Origin: Bacteroidales bacterium
GTDB lineage: Bacteria > Bacteroidota > Bacteroidia > Bacteroidales > Bacteroidaceae
DNA length: 46,682 nt
Reading direction: 5' to 3'
Assembly: GCA_030523385.1 (NCBI GenBank)
Contig: JAUNIV010000001.1
Coordinates: 1 to 46,682 of the forward strand
Position numbers and translations under genes: made by a program. Positions 19,890 through 28,884 of this stretch are shown one piece after another. Position 1 is the stretch's first letter, and every line of letters starts with the position of its first letter. Below the pieces are notes generated by a model that saw only the letters and a list, made by a program, of their open reading frames with translations, had not been told where the DNA came from and did not search any database.

Positions 19890-20031
19890 CATTTTATTAT
19901 ATCTTTTTAAGAGTCGGTTGAGCAAGAATCGGAAAAATCAAAAAATCGCTTATTCGCTTGATACTAAGCACTTTATTTGTCACTTCCTTTCTTATCCTTT
20001 CCAACCAATTTTGGAGGACTAAGATATTTTT

Positions 20032-20313
20032 CACGTCCTGCTCCTCGTTGTTCATGGCGATATAGACGCTGATCGCACCTACAACAGCCACGACGCCGGC
20101 AATGGCGTAGCAGAGCTTGACAACGATGGGCACATACTTGGCGATTTCCTCGCTGACCGTGGTCAGGGCCGTAGTACCGGCTTCGTAGTTGCCTGCGGTG
20201 TTCTGGGCGAGACAGGCAACGGTGCCGACAAGCAGCATGACTGCCAGTGAGTTGAATCGCGGTGATGTGACGAATTTCTTGATGGAATTCTTGATTTTCT
20301 GTAATTTGTTCAT
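20032..20313 (-). pseudogene. 5' half of the split TraE-like (DUF4134, pilin-like) gene
   Basis: Encodes ..IAKYVPIVVKLCYAIAGVVAVVGAISVYIAMNNEEQDV, then runs into element sequence. Confidence 0.85.
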
Positions 20314-20375
20314 CTGTTTTGTTTCAAAATTGTTTTACGGTTCTCTTATTTCTCATTTGCGCATTTGAGTCTCTT

Positions 20376-20798
20376 TTATACACGATAGCCGAAGAAGGCG
20401 GGGAACACGATGGTCGCTCCGATAATGAACAGGATGGCTCCCACCACCATCATTATCTCTTTCTTCCAGCCTTCTTCTCCGGCGTTTATCTTGAAGTAAA
20501 TCTGCAGGCTGGCGATGACAGACACGATTCCGGCCACCGCATAGCAGATATACACCACATACAGTAGCATGGTAATCACGAAGTCATGGGCTTTCGCCAG
20601 TCCGTCCGCACCCCAACTGTAATCCACTCCGCCGCATTTTGCGGAAGCGGACAGGCAGCAAACGGACAGGATTGCCGTCAGTACCACTCGTATAGGATCA
20701 ATATGTCTCACGGGTATGGCTGACTGTGGATTTACGGAAAGCAATGTCTGATTTCTTGTCATACAGCATCTGTTCAAGTTCTTCAAACGAGACACCAC
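20376..20798 (-). CDS. Second DUF4134/TraE-like protein (true start probably near 20700)
   Basis: YICYAVAGIVSVIASLQIYFKINAGEEGWKKEIMMVVGAILF, a paralogue of the split gene. Confidence 0.75.
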   Translation of the reverse strand: MVSRLKNLNRCCMTRNQTLLSVNPQSAIPVRHIDPIRVVLTAILSVCCLSASAKCGGVDYSWGADGLAKAHDFVITMLLYVVYICYAVAGIVSVIASLQIYFKINAGEEGWKKEIMMVVGAILFIIGATIVFPAFFGYRV

Positions 20799-21120
20799 CC
20801 TCGCTCGTCACGTCGGTCTCGTCCATATTGTCTGTAAGGTTGTCAAAACGGCCTGTGCCGCCTGATTGGGTTTCCACTTCCGTGGCGGCAACCCTTGAAT
20901 GGTCATTGTCTGGGGCAGTTTCTTCCCCGAGAGAGAATCCGTCACCACTTTCCCTGACCGGAGTGGCCACAACTTCATCCTGCATCCCGCTGACATCAAA
21001 TTCCTCGACCGAGGTTTCTTTCTCGTTTTTCTTGCCGTAAAGGTCCTTGCTGATATGGTAGCCGTAATAGATGATATAGGCTATCGTCAGCACGATGACA
21101 AATATTACATACGGTGTCAT
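20698..21120 (-). CDS. Membrane-anchored acidic protein, first gene of the tra operon
   Basis: 140 aa with N-terminal TM VIFVIVLTIAYIIYYG and an acidic remainder. Confidence 0.75.
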   Translation of the reverse strand: MTPYVIFVIVLTIAYIIYYGYHISKDLYGKKNEKETSVEEFDVSGMQDEVVATPVRESGDGFSLGEETAPDNDHSRVAATEVETQSGGTGRFDNLTDNMDETDVTSEGGVSFEELEQMLYDKKSDIAFRKSTVSHTRETY

Positions 21121-21490
21121 TGTCGTTTGCGTTTAATTGGGTTTGAGTTTAATTTTTATGCAAAGTAACATTGAAGATTATGTGCAGGAAAATTATATCC
21201 TGACAAATCTCATTTTCTTAACCGTAATTAGTATAAGACGCTGATTTCAAACTTACTTTCATACTCTGAATGAAATTTAACCACAAATAGAGTATGATTA
21301 TATCACAGTATGATTATATAGTATTTTCAACCACTGAAGCACCAAGAACAACCTCTCATCGTTTTACTTTATTCCGGGCGCATATATGATGTGCTAAAGT
21401 AAAATGAGCAGAAATACGCTACTTGCAAGTCCAATTTTGTCCGATAATCCGAAAAAAATGCGTCCTCAGGTGGAAGTTTCTGAAAAAATA

Positions 21491-21522
21491 TTTGGTTGTA
21501 GTTTATTTTGGTGTTAATTTTG
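21491..21522 (+). promoter_or_regulatory. Bacteroidetes housekeeping promoter for the defence island
   Basis: TTTG (21491) - 20 nt - TAATTTTG (21515) fits the -33/-7 consensus. Confidence 0.7.
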
Positions 21523-21672
21523 CAATGAAAATCATCGCTAAATGTGTACTAAAATAAATACACTATGCAAACGACACCCTCCTAATGGGATAAAGTTCAC
21601 TTCATGACTGGGAAAATCAACCTCTATCAGAAGTGAAGCTTATTATTATGTAGATCTCAAATTTACAAACTT

Positions 21673-23607
21673 ATGGTTATCACACGTGAACAACGCTTAG
21701 AAATATACAAGGCAATAAATGCATTAGGAAATATCTGGGGACAAACCGGCAACCTTAACAGTGTGCAATTCCTGAATAGAATTTGGGATTTGCGGCTAAT
21801 GTCATCTTCTGACCCTCGGTTCAAAACTGCAGCAGAAGATGCAAAGAAGCATCTTATAGATAATGATGATTGGGATGACGATTATGTGTTTCTTGATAGA
21901 TTCAAACTTCTTGATTGTAGTGAAGAAGAATTCCTCAAATTTATCAATGTTGTCATAAGTCCAGAAGTCAGAGGTGATGAGAAAGAAGTAGAAAAATACA
22001 TTTCTGTCATAGAATCATTATTGCCCAAAGAATATGAGATAATAGAAACGATAGACAAGAATGGGCAAACCATTCATTCTGCTTTAATGAAAAGCAAAGA
22101 TGATAGTGAATATGAACAGTATCCTATTGGATTAAGTCCAAATGATATATTGTTTTTCACCAATGTAGAACCTACAAAATATCCAGCTTTTCAAATTGAA
22201 ACTGATAATTGGGATGATTTTGGATATAAAACTACGTCAAAATTATACTATTGGGATAACAACGCCCAATGCAACCCCATTGACAAACTAAAAATTCTCA
22301 ACTCAGAGGAAGACAATACAAGTAAGGTATTGCCCGAATCGTTCATGTCATTAGGTGCGACATTCTGCAGTTTAGGCCAGAGTGAACATTATTATAGAAA
22401 ACTAAAGCAATTACTTCCTGACAAATATCAATCAGTATTATACGCATTAAAAGATACTGCTTGGTTTTCTGAAATACAATATCGTTTTGAAAATCATCAA
22501 GGTTTTAAGAGATCTCTTTTAAGGGAAATATCTACAGAGGCACTTTTATCAAGTGTCAGACGGAAAGTTGAGAGAGGGGAAAATGATTCTTGGGATTTTA
22601 TGTTCAAAACCCAAGTTCCATACTCCGAACAACCTATTGATATAAACTTTGAATTTGGCGATCTTGAAGATGTTGACAATCCGAAACGTATAAAAGCATT
22701 GATTGGTGCCAATGGTTCAGGTAAGACTTCAATTCTAAAGGCTCTCGTGAAAAGTCTTATTCGCAACGAAGGTGATTTTTACCCATCCCATCCTGTCTTT
22801 TCAAAAGTAATCGCCATATCATTCAGCATTTTTGATACATTTATATCTCTTAGAGGAAAGTCTGTTCTTACTTATACATACTGCGGGCTTCATGATAAAG
22901 AAAATACTGTCATGTCCGTAGAGGATCGTGAAGCGCGATTAATAGAATCATTGATTTGGATTAATGGTGGTAATGAGGGGAAAGGATTTGGCAATACACG
23001 ATTAATAAGACTATTTTGCAAAGGCCTTGAAATCGTCTTTCCAAAGGACTGGGTTGATTCAGTATGGACAGATGACGGTTTAGCCATAAGCGCAATATTA
23101 GAGAAATCTCGAACTATGAGCACAGGAGAAGCGATGATTCTCAATCTGATTGCTTCGTTGTATGCTAATATACGCCAAAACTCGCTTATTGTTTTTGATG
23201 AAATGGAAGTACACCTTCATCCTAAAGCAATTCGCCAAATGATGTCCCTCCTTTTCAAAATTACAAGGGAGTTTAATTCCGCTTGTATATTAGCAACTCA
23301 TTCTTCTATTGTAGTTCAAGAGCTGTTGGCTGACAATGTCACGATTATTGATAAACTTCAAGATGGAACCCCAGAACTACGTATTCTAAATCATGAATCA
23401 TTAGCCGAAAATCTTTCGGTGATAAGTGATGAAATTTTTGGGGAGTCTTCTATTTCTCCTCATTACAAGGCCTTTATCCGAACAAAGGCTCATGATTCTG
23501 ATACTTTGGAGGTATTGTTGAAACAACTTTCATCACGAAAATTACCGCCAAGTTTAGCTCTTTATATGCAGGCTCGATATGAATTTGAAAACAAAAAGAA
23601 ACAATGA
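21673..23607 (+). CDS. ABC/AAA_21-type ATPase with N-terminal AbiJ-NTD3-like domain (Septu PtuA-like)
   Basis: N-domain FLNRIWDL..S.DPRF..NDDWDDDYVF; Walker A GANGSGKT; signature MSTGE; Walker B IVFDEMEVHLHP; H-loop ATHS. Confidence 0.8.
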   Translation: MVITREQRLEIYKAINALGNIWGQTGNLNSVQFLNRIWDLRLMSSSDPRFKTAAEDAKKHLIDNDDWDDDYVFLDRFKLLDCSEEEFLKFINVVISPEVRGDEKEVEKYISVIESLLPKEYEIIETIDKNGQTIHSALMKSKDDSEYEQYPIGLSPNDILFFTNVEPTKYPAFQIETDNWDDFGYKTTSKLYYWDNNAQCNPIDKLKILNSEEDNTSKVLPESFMSLGATFCSLGQSEHYYRKLKQLLPDKYQSVLYALKDTAWFSEIQYRFENHQGFKRSLLREISTEALLSSVRRKVERGENDSWDFMFKTQVPYSEQPIDINFEFGDLEDVDNPKRIKALIGANGSGKTSILKALVKSLIRNEGDFYPSHPVFSKVIAISFSIFDTFISLRGKSVLTYTYCGLHDKENTVMSVEDREARLIESLIWINGGNEGKGFGNTRLIRLFCKGLEIVFPKDWVDSVWTDDGLAISAILEKSRTMSTGEAMILNLIASLYANIRQNSLIVFDEMEVHLHPKAIRQMMSLLFKITREFNSACILATHSSIVVQELLADNVTIIDKLQDGTPELRILNHESLAENLSVISDEIFGESSISPHYKAFIRTKAHDSDTLEVLLKQLSSRKLPPSLALYMQARYEFENKKKQ

Positions 23608-24458
23608 TTAGGTATCCTTTATATCAATCCATCAATGATGATAATACACCATTTGATGAGTATAAAACTGCGGCACAAGGGGATGCTATCCTTGGTGCTA
23701 TTGAAACGCAGATGGAAAGCTGCTATAATGATTATGACAATGCTGTCATCAGTGCTTCTGTCCATAATCTGAATCCTCATGGCTTTATCACTCCAGAAAA
23801 GGACAATCTAAAAAAATTATACAAGAGTGATTGTGATATAGCCAAGAAAATACGACAACATCATAACAGATTTACCAGTACTACAAGACGGGTTTATAAT
23901 AACAAATGTCCGTATTGCACATTATCAGAACCATCTACAATAGAACATATTCTTCCAAAAGAAAAATATCCGGAATATGCAGTTCATTTATATAATTTAA
24001 TACCCTGTTGTTCTAAATGCAATAGTCATAAAGGTGAAGCTGTCAAGGACTCATCTGGATTCCCTTATACCATAAACTTTTACTATCACGATCCTGAAAA
24101 TTGTGAATTTTTAGAAGCCGATTGTACGATTGATTCTAATGGATATCCCTCCTTTACATACATACTCACATTTCCCCCAAACGCAGATCCAGCATTGGTT
24201 GCAATAATAACCAACCATTTTAACAGGCTTCATTTGATTGAACGATATAATGAGGAAGTTGTAAAGAGTTATGCCGAAATGGAATTACTAATAAAAACAA
24301 TCTGTTGCGGGAAATCCTTAAGTGATACATTGCAATTCCTTCATGATTACCTTTCTCGTACAATACATGATTATGGATTAAACCATTATTTTGTTGCGAT
24401 GTTAAGATGTCTGATAAGTTCATCAACATATCATACCTATTTACAATCAATTTTATAG
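23604..24458 (+). CDS. HNH endonuclease (PtuB-like)
   Basis: CPYC..EHILPKEKYP..NLIPCCSKCNSHK, with a 4-nt overlap with the ATPase. Confidence 0.85.
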   Translation: MIRYPLYQSINDDNTPFDEYKTAAQGDAILGAIETQMESCYNDYDNAVISASVHNLNPHGFITPEKDNLKKLYKSDCDIAKKIRQHHNRFTSTTRRVYNNKCPYCTLSEPSTIEHILPKEKYPEYAVHLYNLIPCCSKCNSHKGEAVKDSSGFPYTINFYYHDPENCEFLEADCTIDSNGYPSFTYILTFPPNADPALVAIITNHFNRLHLIERYNEEVVKSYAEMELLIKTICCGKSLSDTLQFLHDYLSRTIHDYGLNHYFVAMLRCLISSSTYHTYLQSIL

Positions 24459-24538
24459 AAACAATGAATCACCTGCTTCTATGCAAAATTATTGGAGGTG
24501 TTTATCAATAATATTTACGTAAAACGAAACATTATAAA

Positions 24539-25294
24539 ATGGGTACAAAAATCAATAACCTACGCCAGCAAATACCATCGAATGGGATAATGCTCACTTC
24601 ATGGCTGGAGAAATCAGGCTTCAACAGAAATGAAGTTTATGATTATATGGAATCGGGATGGCTACAACGCATATCTACAGGTGTATATCAATTCACCGGG
24701 GATACCCCTACACTTTATGGTATATTAGCTTCATATCAAAAACAGATCGGGCTGAAATATCATATCGGAGCCGCGTCTGCGTTGGAACTGAAAGGTTTCT
24801 CTCATTACATTGCGATGGGGAAGCCGACTGCCGTCGTTTTTTCTCCGGTACGACCGCCGCTTCCCAAATGGTTAAACGATGCCGACCTTGATATGAATCT
24901 TGCGGAAGTGGCGACCAAAGTGTTGGGGACCATCGGTATCGAACAAATGGATTACCAGGAACAGACATTGACAGTCTCATCACCTGAAAGGGCAATAATG
25001 GAATGTGTTCTCCTTTCACCTTCCCGTTATGATTTAATGGATGTGTATTATCTTATGGAAATGCTTACATCCCTTAGATCCGCCCTTATACAACAACTAC
25101 TGGAAAACTGCACTTCAGTGAAAGTAAAGCGGATGTTTCTGTATATGGCGGAAAAGGCACATCATCGCTGGTTCGCCAAACTTGACCTTTCCAAAATATC
25201 TCTCGGTTCTGGCACACGGAGTTTTGCAAAAGGCGGTGTAAAAGTCAATACATACGATATTGTAATACCCAAAGAACTTGCTGATTATGAATAA
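24539..25294 (+). CDS. abiEi: Type IV TA antitoxin AbiEi
   Basis: SGWLQRISTGVY, ALELKGFSHY, SSPERAIME and LLENCTSVKVKRMFLYMAE motifs. Confidence 0.85.
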   Translation: MGTKINNLRQQIPSNGIMLTSWLEKSGFNRNEVYDYMESGWLQRISTGVYQFTGDTPTLYGILASYQKQIGLKYHIGAASALELKGFSHYIAMGKPTAVVFSPVRPPLPKWLNDADLDMNLAEVATKVLGTIGIEQMDYQEQTLTVSSPERAIMECVLLSPSRYDLMDVYYLMEMLTSLRSALIQQLLENCTSVKVKRMFLYMAEKAHHRWFAKLDLSKISLGSGTRSFAKGGVKVNTYDIVIPKELADYE

Positions 25295-26192
25295 TATATA
25301 TAGACAAAAAGTCGAACTCCTTTTGAGAATTCTACCGTTTGTAACGGATGAAGAATGTTTCGCTATACATGGTGGTACAGCCATTAATCTGTTTGTGAAA
25401 GACTTATACCGTCTTTCGGTTGATATAGACGTAACTTATATTCCTATTGAAGACAGAAATACAAGTCTTCTGCGGATAAATGAGGCTCTTGAGAGAATAA
25501 GCGATAGGGTCAAACGCACATTCCGGGATGTAAGGGTTATCCCACGTCTTGATATCAGTAAAATCACTTGTGAAAGCCGGGGATGCCAAGTGAAGATTGA
25601 AGTAAACCAGACAAAACGCGGACTTGTCTGCGGTGATGCAATACTGTATCCTTTGTGTGAAAAAGCGCAAGAAATGTTCGGAATGGAAGTAGATGCAAGA
25701 ATAGTGTCGCTACCTCAGCTTTATGGTGGTAAAATTTCAGCAGCCCTGTCACGCCAACATCCCCGCGACCTTTTTGACATAAAACAGATGGACATTCCAT
25801 TGACAGACGTAAAAGAAGGACTGATATTCTGTCTGCTTGGAAGCGACCGTCCTATACACGAGTCGTTTGCGCCCAATCTTATCGATCAGCACGAAGCAAT
25901 GGAGCGTCAATTTTCCGGCATGAGTGAAATACCTTTCACCTACAATGACTTTGAAGCGACAAGAGAGAAACTTGTCAACGATGTCAATTCTGTGATGACG
26001 GAAGATGATAGGCGATTTCTTATAGGCTTTGAAGAGCTTTCCGTTGATTGGGAGAATTCTCCGTATTCATCTTTTAAGGAATATCCTTCGGTAAGATGGA
26101 AGATGCAGAATTTGCAGAAGCTGAAAGCATCAAACCCGAAAAAGTTGAATGCAGAAGCTGACAAACTCAGAAACATATTCGGAATGGAATGA
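25287..26192 (+). CDS. abiEii: Type IV TA nucleotidyltransferase toxin AbiEii
   Basis: GGTAINLF..RLSVDID and GGKISAALSRQHPRDLFD. The ATG at 25287 overlaps the abiEi stop. Confidence 0.88.
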   Translation: MNNIYRQKVELLLRILPFVTDEECFAIHGGTAINLFVKDLYRLSVDIDVTYIPIEDRNTSLLRINEALERISDRVKRTFRDVRVIPRLDISKITCESRGCQVKIEVNQTKRGLVCGDAILYPLCEKAQEMFGMEVDARIVSLPQLYGGKISAALSRQHPRDLFDIKQMDIPLTDVKEGLIFCLLGSDRPIHESFAPNLIDQHEAMERQFSGMSEIPFTYNDFEATREKLVNDVNSVMTEDDRRFLIGFEELSVDWENSPYSSFKEYPSVRWKMQNLQKLKASNPKKLNAEADKLRNIFGME

Positions 26193-26206
26193 TGACCTGC
26201 TACATT

Positions 26207-26257
26207 TTTCAATGCTTGGATTGCCTCTCTTAACAAAGCTGACAGCACAAAACGGAT
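26207..26257 (+). repeat. 51-bp intergenic copy of an internal abiH segment (27269-27319)
   Basis: 47/51 identical direct repeat. Confidence 0.85.
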
Positions 26258-26376
26258 ATTAAACAGATGTTAGGACTTGGCCTTTGCACAGTGAAAGGAA
26301 ATGGGTCCTAAACCAAATATGTGCTGGTGAAAACTTACCTTCAAGCTGCGAATGCACTGAAATTCAAATATATTAA

Positions 26377-26409
26377 GTATCGGTAATCAAGTATATTGAT
26401 TACCGATAC
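26377..26409. repeat. Perfect 14-bp inverted repeat
   Basis: GTATCGGTAATCAA-GTATA-TTGATTACCGATAC. Confidence 0.85.
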
Positions 26410-26505
26410 CGATAAGTTAGATAATTATTGCAAGTAAAAAATACCCAATAGTCACCCAACACCTCCCCAACAGTTACCCAACAAGTAGTAATACCGTAAT
26501 ACAAG

Positions 26506-26751
26506 GTGGTTGAAAAAGAACACCTAAGTACCACCCAAGTAGAGAACCTGATTGCGGTAATTGGTGAGAATACATATTCGGTTACGGAAATGATGGAAAA
26601 ACTGCAATTAAATAATCGGAGGTATTTCACCAAAGAGTATTTGAAGATTGCCGTTACCGAAGGACAGGTAGAACCCATCTATCCCGAAAGTCCGAATCAT
26701 CCACGGCAAAAATACCGTCTTACCGACAAAGGTAAAGGACTGCTACAATAA
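26506..26751 (+). pseudogene. Stand-alone or remnant C-terminal HTH of a Fic/ATP-binding-type protein
   Basis: PESPNHPRQKYRLT C-terminal motif, preceded by ACCCAA-type repeats like the TxQV linker repeats of such proteins. No catalytic domain. Confidence 0.55.
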
Positions 26752-26806
26752 TAGATTGTATTGATGTGATATGTATTGGCGTGCGATTATTTTGAGCGCG
26801 GCTGAG

Positions 26807-26890
26807 TATGGGGAACTGATGCGGTTCCCCATAGTTCCCCAATCTCGATTGCCCCAAACTTTGCCCCAAATTGCCCTAATTTGCCCCAAA
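26807..26890. repeat. 10-bp hairpin plus four TTGCCCCAAA-type direct repeats
   Basis: TATGGGGAAC-N7-GTTCCCCATA, then TTGCCCCAAA at 26849, 26861 and 26881 and TTGCCCTAAT at 26871. Confidence 0.8.
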
Positions 26891-26906
26891 CTCAATTCGA
26901 TAAATA

Positions 26907-27896
26907 ATGACAACAATATCTACGCATTTTAAACATTTATACATCATTGGAAATGGTTTTGACATTCACCATAGTATTAACAGCAGCTATTCAAATTATC
27001 GTAACTGGCTTGAAGAGAACGAGCCGGACATATATTCACAGTTATGTGACTTATACGGTGTTCCAACAGAAGAGGATGAAGCCCACGAATGGTGGAGTGA
27101 TTTTGAGAACATGCTTTCAGAGATAGACCTCTATGATTATGTTGAAAATGTTGTGGTTGAAAATTATCCAGACTTCTCAAGCGATGATTTTCGAGACAGA
27201 GACTACCACGCTGCAGAAATTGCCGCTGAGAATGAACTGGGGGCTTTAATATATCACATAAAACGTACTTTCAATGTCTGGATTGCTTCTCTTGACAAAG
27301 CTGACAGCACAAAACGGATCCACCTTGAAAGAGAAAACTCCTTATTCATAACTTTCAATTATACCCGGACATTAGAGGATTTGTATCGGATACCAGATGA
27401 GCAGATTGTGCATATACACGGTATGGTTGGAGAGGACGAACTTATTTTAGGACATGGCAAGAATTATGCGGAGTTGAAAGAGGAACTGGAGATAGCACAA
27501 CCACAACCTCCTGCAGACTTAGATGAATACGAACTGCAAGATTGGTATTCGTCTCATAGCGATTTTATGACACAACAGACACAAGAAGTTGCGATCTCAC
27601 AAATAGCTTCTTTGCAAAAGGATGTAGAACGGATTATTTCGGAAAATCACTCTATTTGGAATAGTCTTGGAGAAGTTGAGACAATCCATGTATTTGGATT
27701 TTCATTTTCCGACATTGATACACCTTACCTGAGTACAATCATCAGACACATCAATACGGATAAGGTCAAATGGGAAATCAGTGCTTTCTCAAATCGAGAC
27801 AGAGAAAAAGCGCAGACATTTATGACTGATGCAGGAATTAAAGAAAATTTGTGGGCACCATTGGTCGCATTATGCGATGTGCAGAAATACAAATAA
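26907..27896 (+). CDS. abiH: AbiH-family abortive infection protein
   Basis: LYIIGNGFD, FITFNYT, VHIHG..LILGHG and VFGFSFSDID..Y motifs. Confidence 0.85.
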   Translation: MTTISTHFKHLYIIGNGFDIHHSINSSYSNYRNWLEENEPDIYSQLCDLYGVPTEEDEAHEWWSDFENMLSEIDLYDYVENVVVENYPDFSSDDFRDRDYHAAEIAAENELGALIYHIKRTFNVWIASLDKADSTKRIHLERENSLFITFNYTRTLEDLYRIPDEQIVHIHGMVGEDELILGHGKNYAELKEELEIAQPQPPADLDEYELQDWYSSHSDFMTQQTQEVAISQIASLQKDVERIISENHSIWNSLGEVETIHVFGFSFSDIDTPYLSTIIRHINTDKVKWEISAFSNRDREKAQTFMTDAGIKENLWAPLVALCDVQKYK

Positions 27897-27924
27897 CTAT
27901 CGTTATTTGATGATTTATAATACA

Positions 27925-27964
27925 ATTCCCTGTCTTATTTTTTGTTGAAAGTAAGACAGGGAAT
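27925..27964. terminator. Bidirectional terminator between abiH and the primase
   Basis: 13-bp stem ATTCCCTGTCTTA / TAAGACAGGGAAT between convergent genes. Confidence 0.75.
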
Positions 27965-27990
27965 CTTTGTATCGGTATTGAGTACAGAAG

Positions 27991-28884
27991 TCAGGGACAA
28001 AAACGCTTGCCACGGAGAAAGTCGTTAAGGTCTTTGTAGCCCTTATAGACTACCGAAGCGTCATGTATTCCGTCACGAGTTTCGTTGAGAGTATCCACAG
28101 CTCTGCGCCCGGCATCGTCATTGTCAAGGCAGCAGGTGACAGTCGGATAAGAGGCAAGCCATTTCATCGCCTTGCGGAGATTGGAAACGGAGTTCAACAC
28201 CACAAAATCCATTGTCTCGGCAAAGGGTGTGAAATCCGAACGGCGGCATAAGGTCATGTAAGACAGAAAGTCCATGAACCCCTCAAATACGGTACACAGT
28301 TCATTGCCACTACCCATTTGTATGAGCGACACATCCTTCTGCCCAACAGTCCCTTTGAAGAACGGGTTTCTCACCTCATAGCCGCCCAGGACATTCCCGA
28401 AACCTATACCATAGTAGTGCCGATGACCAAGCGAGAAATGAATTTCTCTACAAAACTCCACGGCAACTGAACTGTCTATGCCTCTGGAGCCAATATAGGA
28501 CAGAAGTTTGTCATTGGTAAGCGGCTTTACCGTCACATCCCGGAATGTGCCGGCTCGTTCATCCTGCAATTCTGACGGAATGCGTTCCCTGATGACAAGC
28601 TTTGCCGTGGTGTAGTTCTGGATATGCCGGATTACCTCCATGATGTCGTTGGTATTATACATCATCTTGCCAAGGTCTATGATGTCACCGCTCTGCATTG
28701 TGGCGAGGTCGTACCAGCGGTTCTTCTTACGGCTGACCTTGAACGACGGATGCCGGTCCTCCCTGTATGGAGCATGGTAAAGCGCGTATGTCTGGTAATT
28801 GCGTACAGGGCGTATGCCTATCTTTTCAAGATAACCGATGATGTCGATTCGCTTGATTTCTCCGAAATTCACTGCCACGTTCAA
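27991..28884 (-). CDS. DNA primase-like Toprim protein (CHC2-like N-domain)
   Basis: PYREDRHPSFKV..WYD, VFEGFMDFLS, CLDNDDAG and YKDLND. Confidence 0.85.
   Translation of the reverse strand: MNVAVNFGEIKRIDIIGYLEKIGIRPVRNYQTYALYHAPYREDRHPSFKVSRKKNRWYDLATMQSGDIIDLGKMMYNTNDIMEVIRHIQNYTTAKLVIRERIPSELQDERAGTFRDVTVKPLTNDKLLSYIGSRGIDSSVAVEFCREIHFSLGHRHYYGIGFGNVLGGYEVRNPFFKGTVGQKDVSLIQMGSGNELCTVFEGFMDFLSYMTLCRRSDFTPFAETMDFVVLNSVSNLRKAMKWLASYPTVTCCLDNDDAGRRAVDTLNETRDGIHDASVVYKGYKDLNDFLRGKRFCP

Larger units (their letters stand above)
10166..20031. mobile_element. 9,866-bp integrative mobilizable element inserted in the TraE-like gene
   Basis: The split host gene rejoins across the element. Junctions align as AGCAG-N6-AA on the minus strand, and both ends share subterminal repeats. 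Contains integrases, excisionase, relaxase and MobC. Confidence 0.85.

Noticed and set aside
12079-20017. ATTTTGGAGG 10-bp direct repeat as att sites of a smaller element
   Set aside because: The split traE-like gene and the shared terminal motifs define the ends at 10166/20031. The 12079 copy overlaps a terminator.
19897-20031. C-terminus of the 138-aa ORF 19897-20313 and N-terminus of ORF 10079-10267
   Set aside because: Both are read-through into element ends, not real protein sequence.
21200-24458. Retron with PtuAB effector
   Set aside because: No reverse transcriptase ORF was recognised anywhere in the window.
26849-26890. CRISPR array
   Set aside because: The repeats are 10 bp and nearly contiguous, with no spacers.
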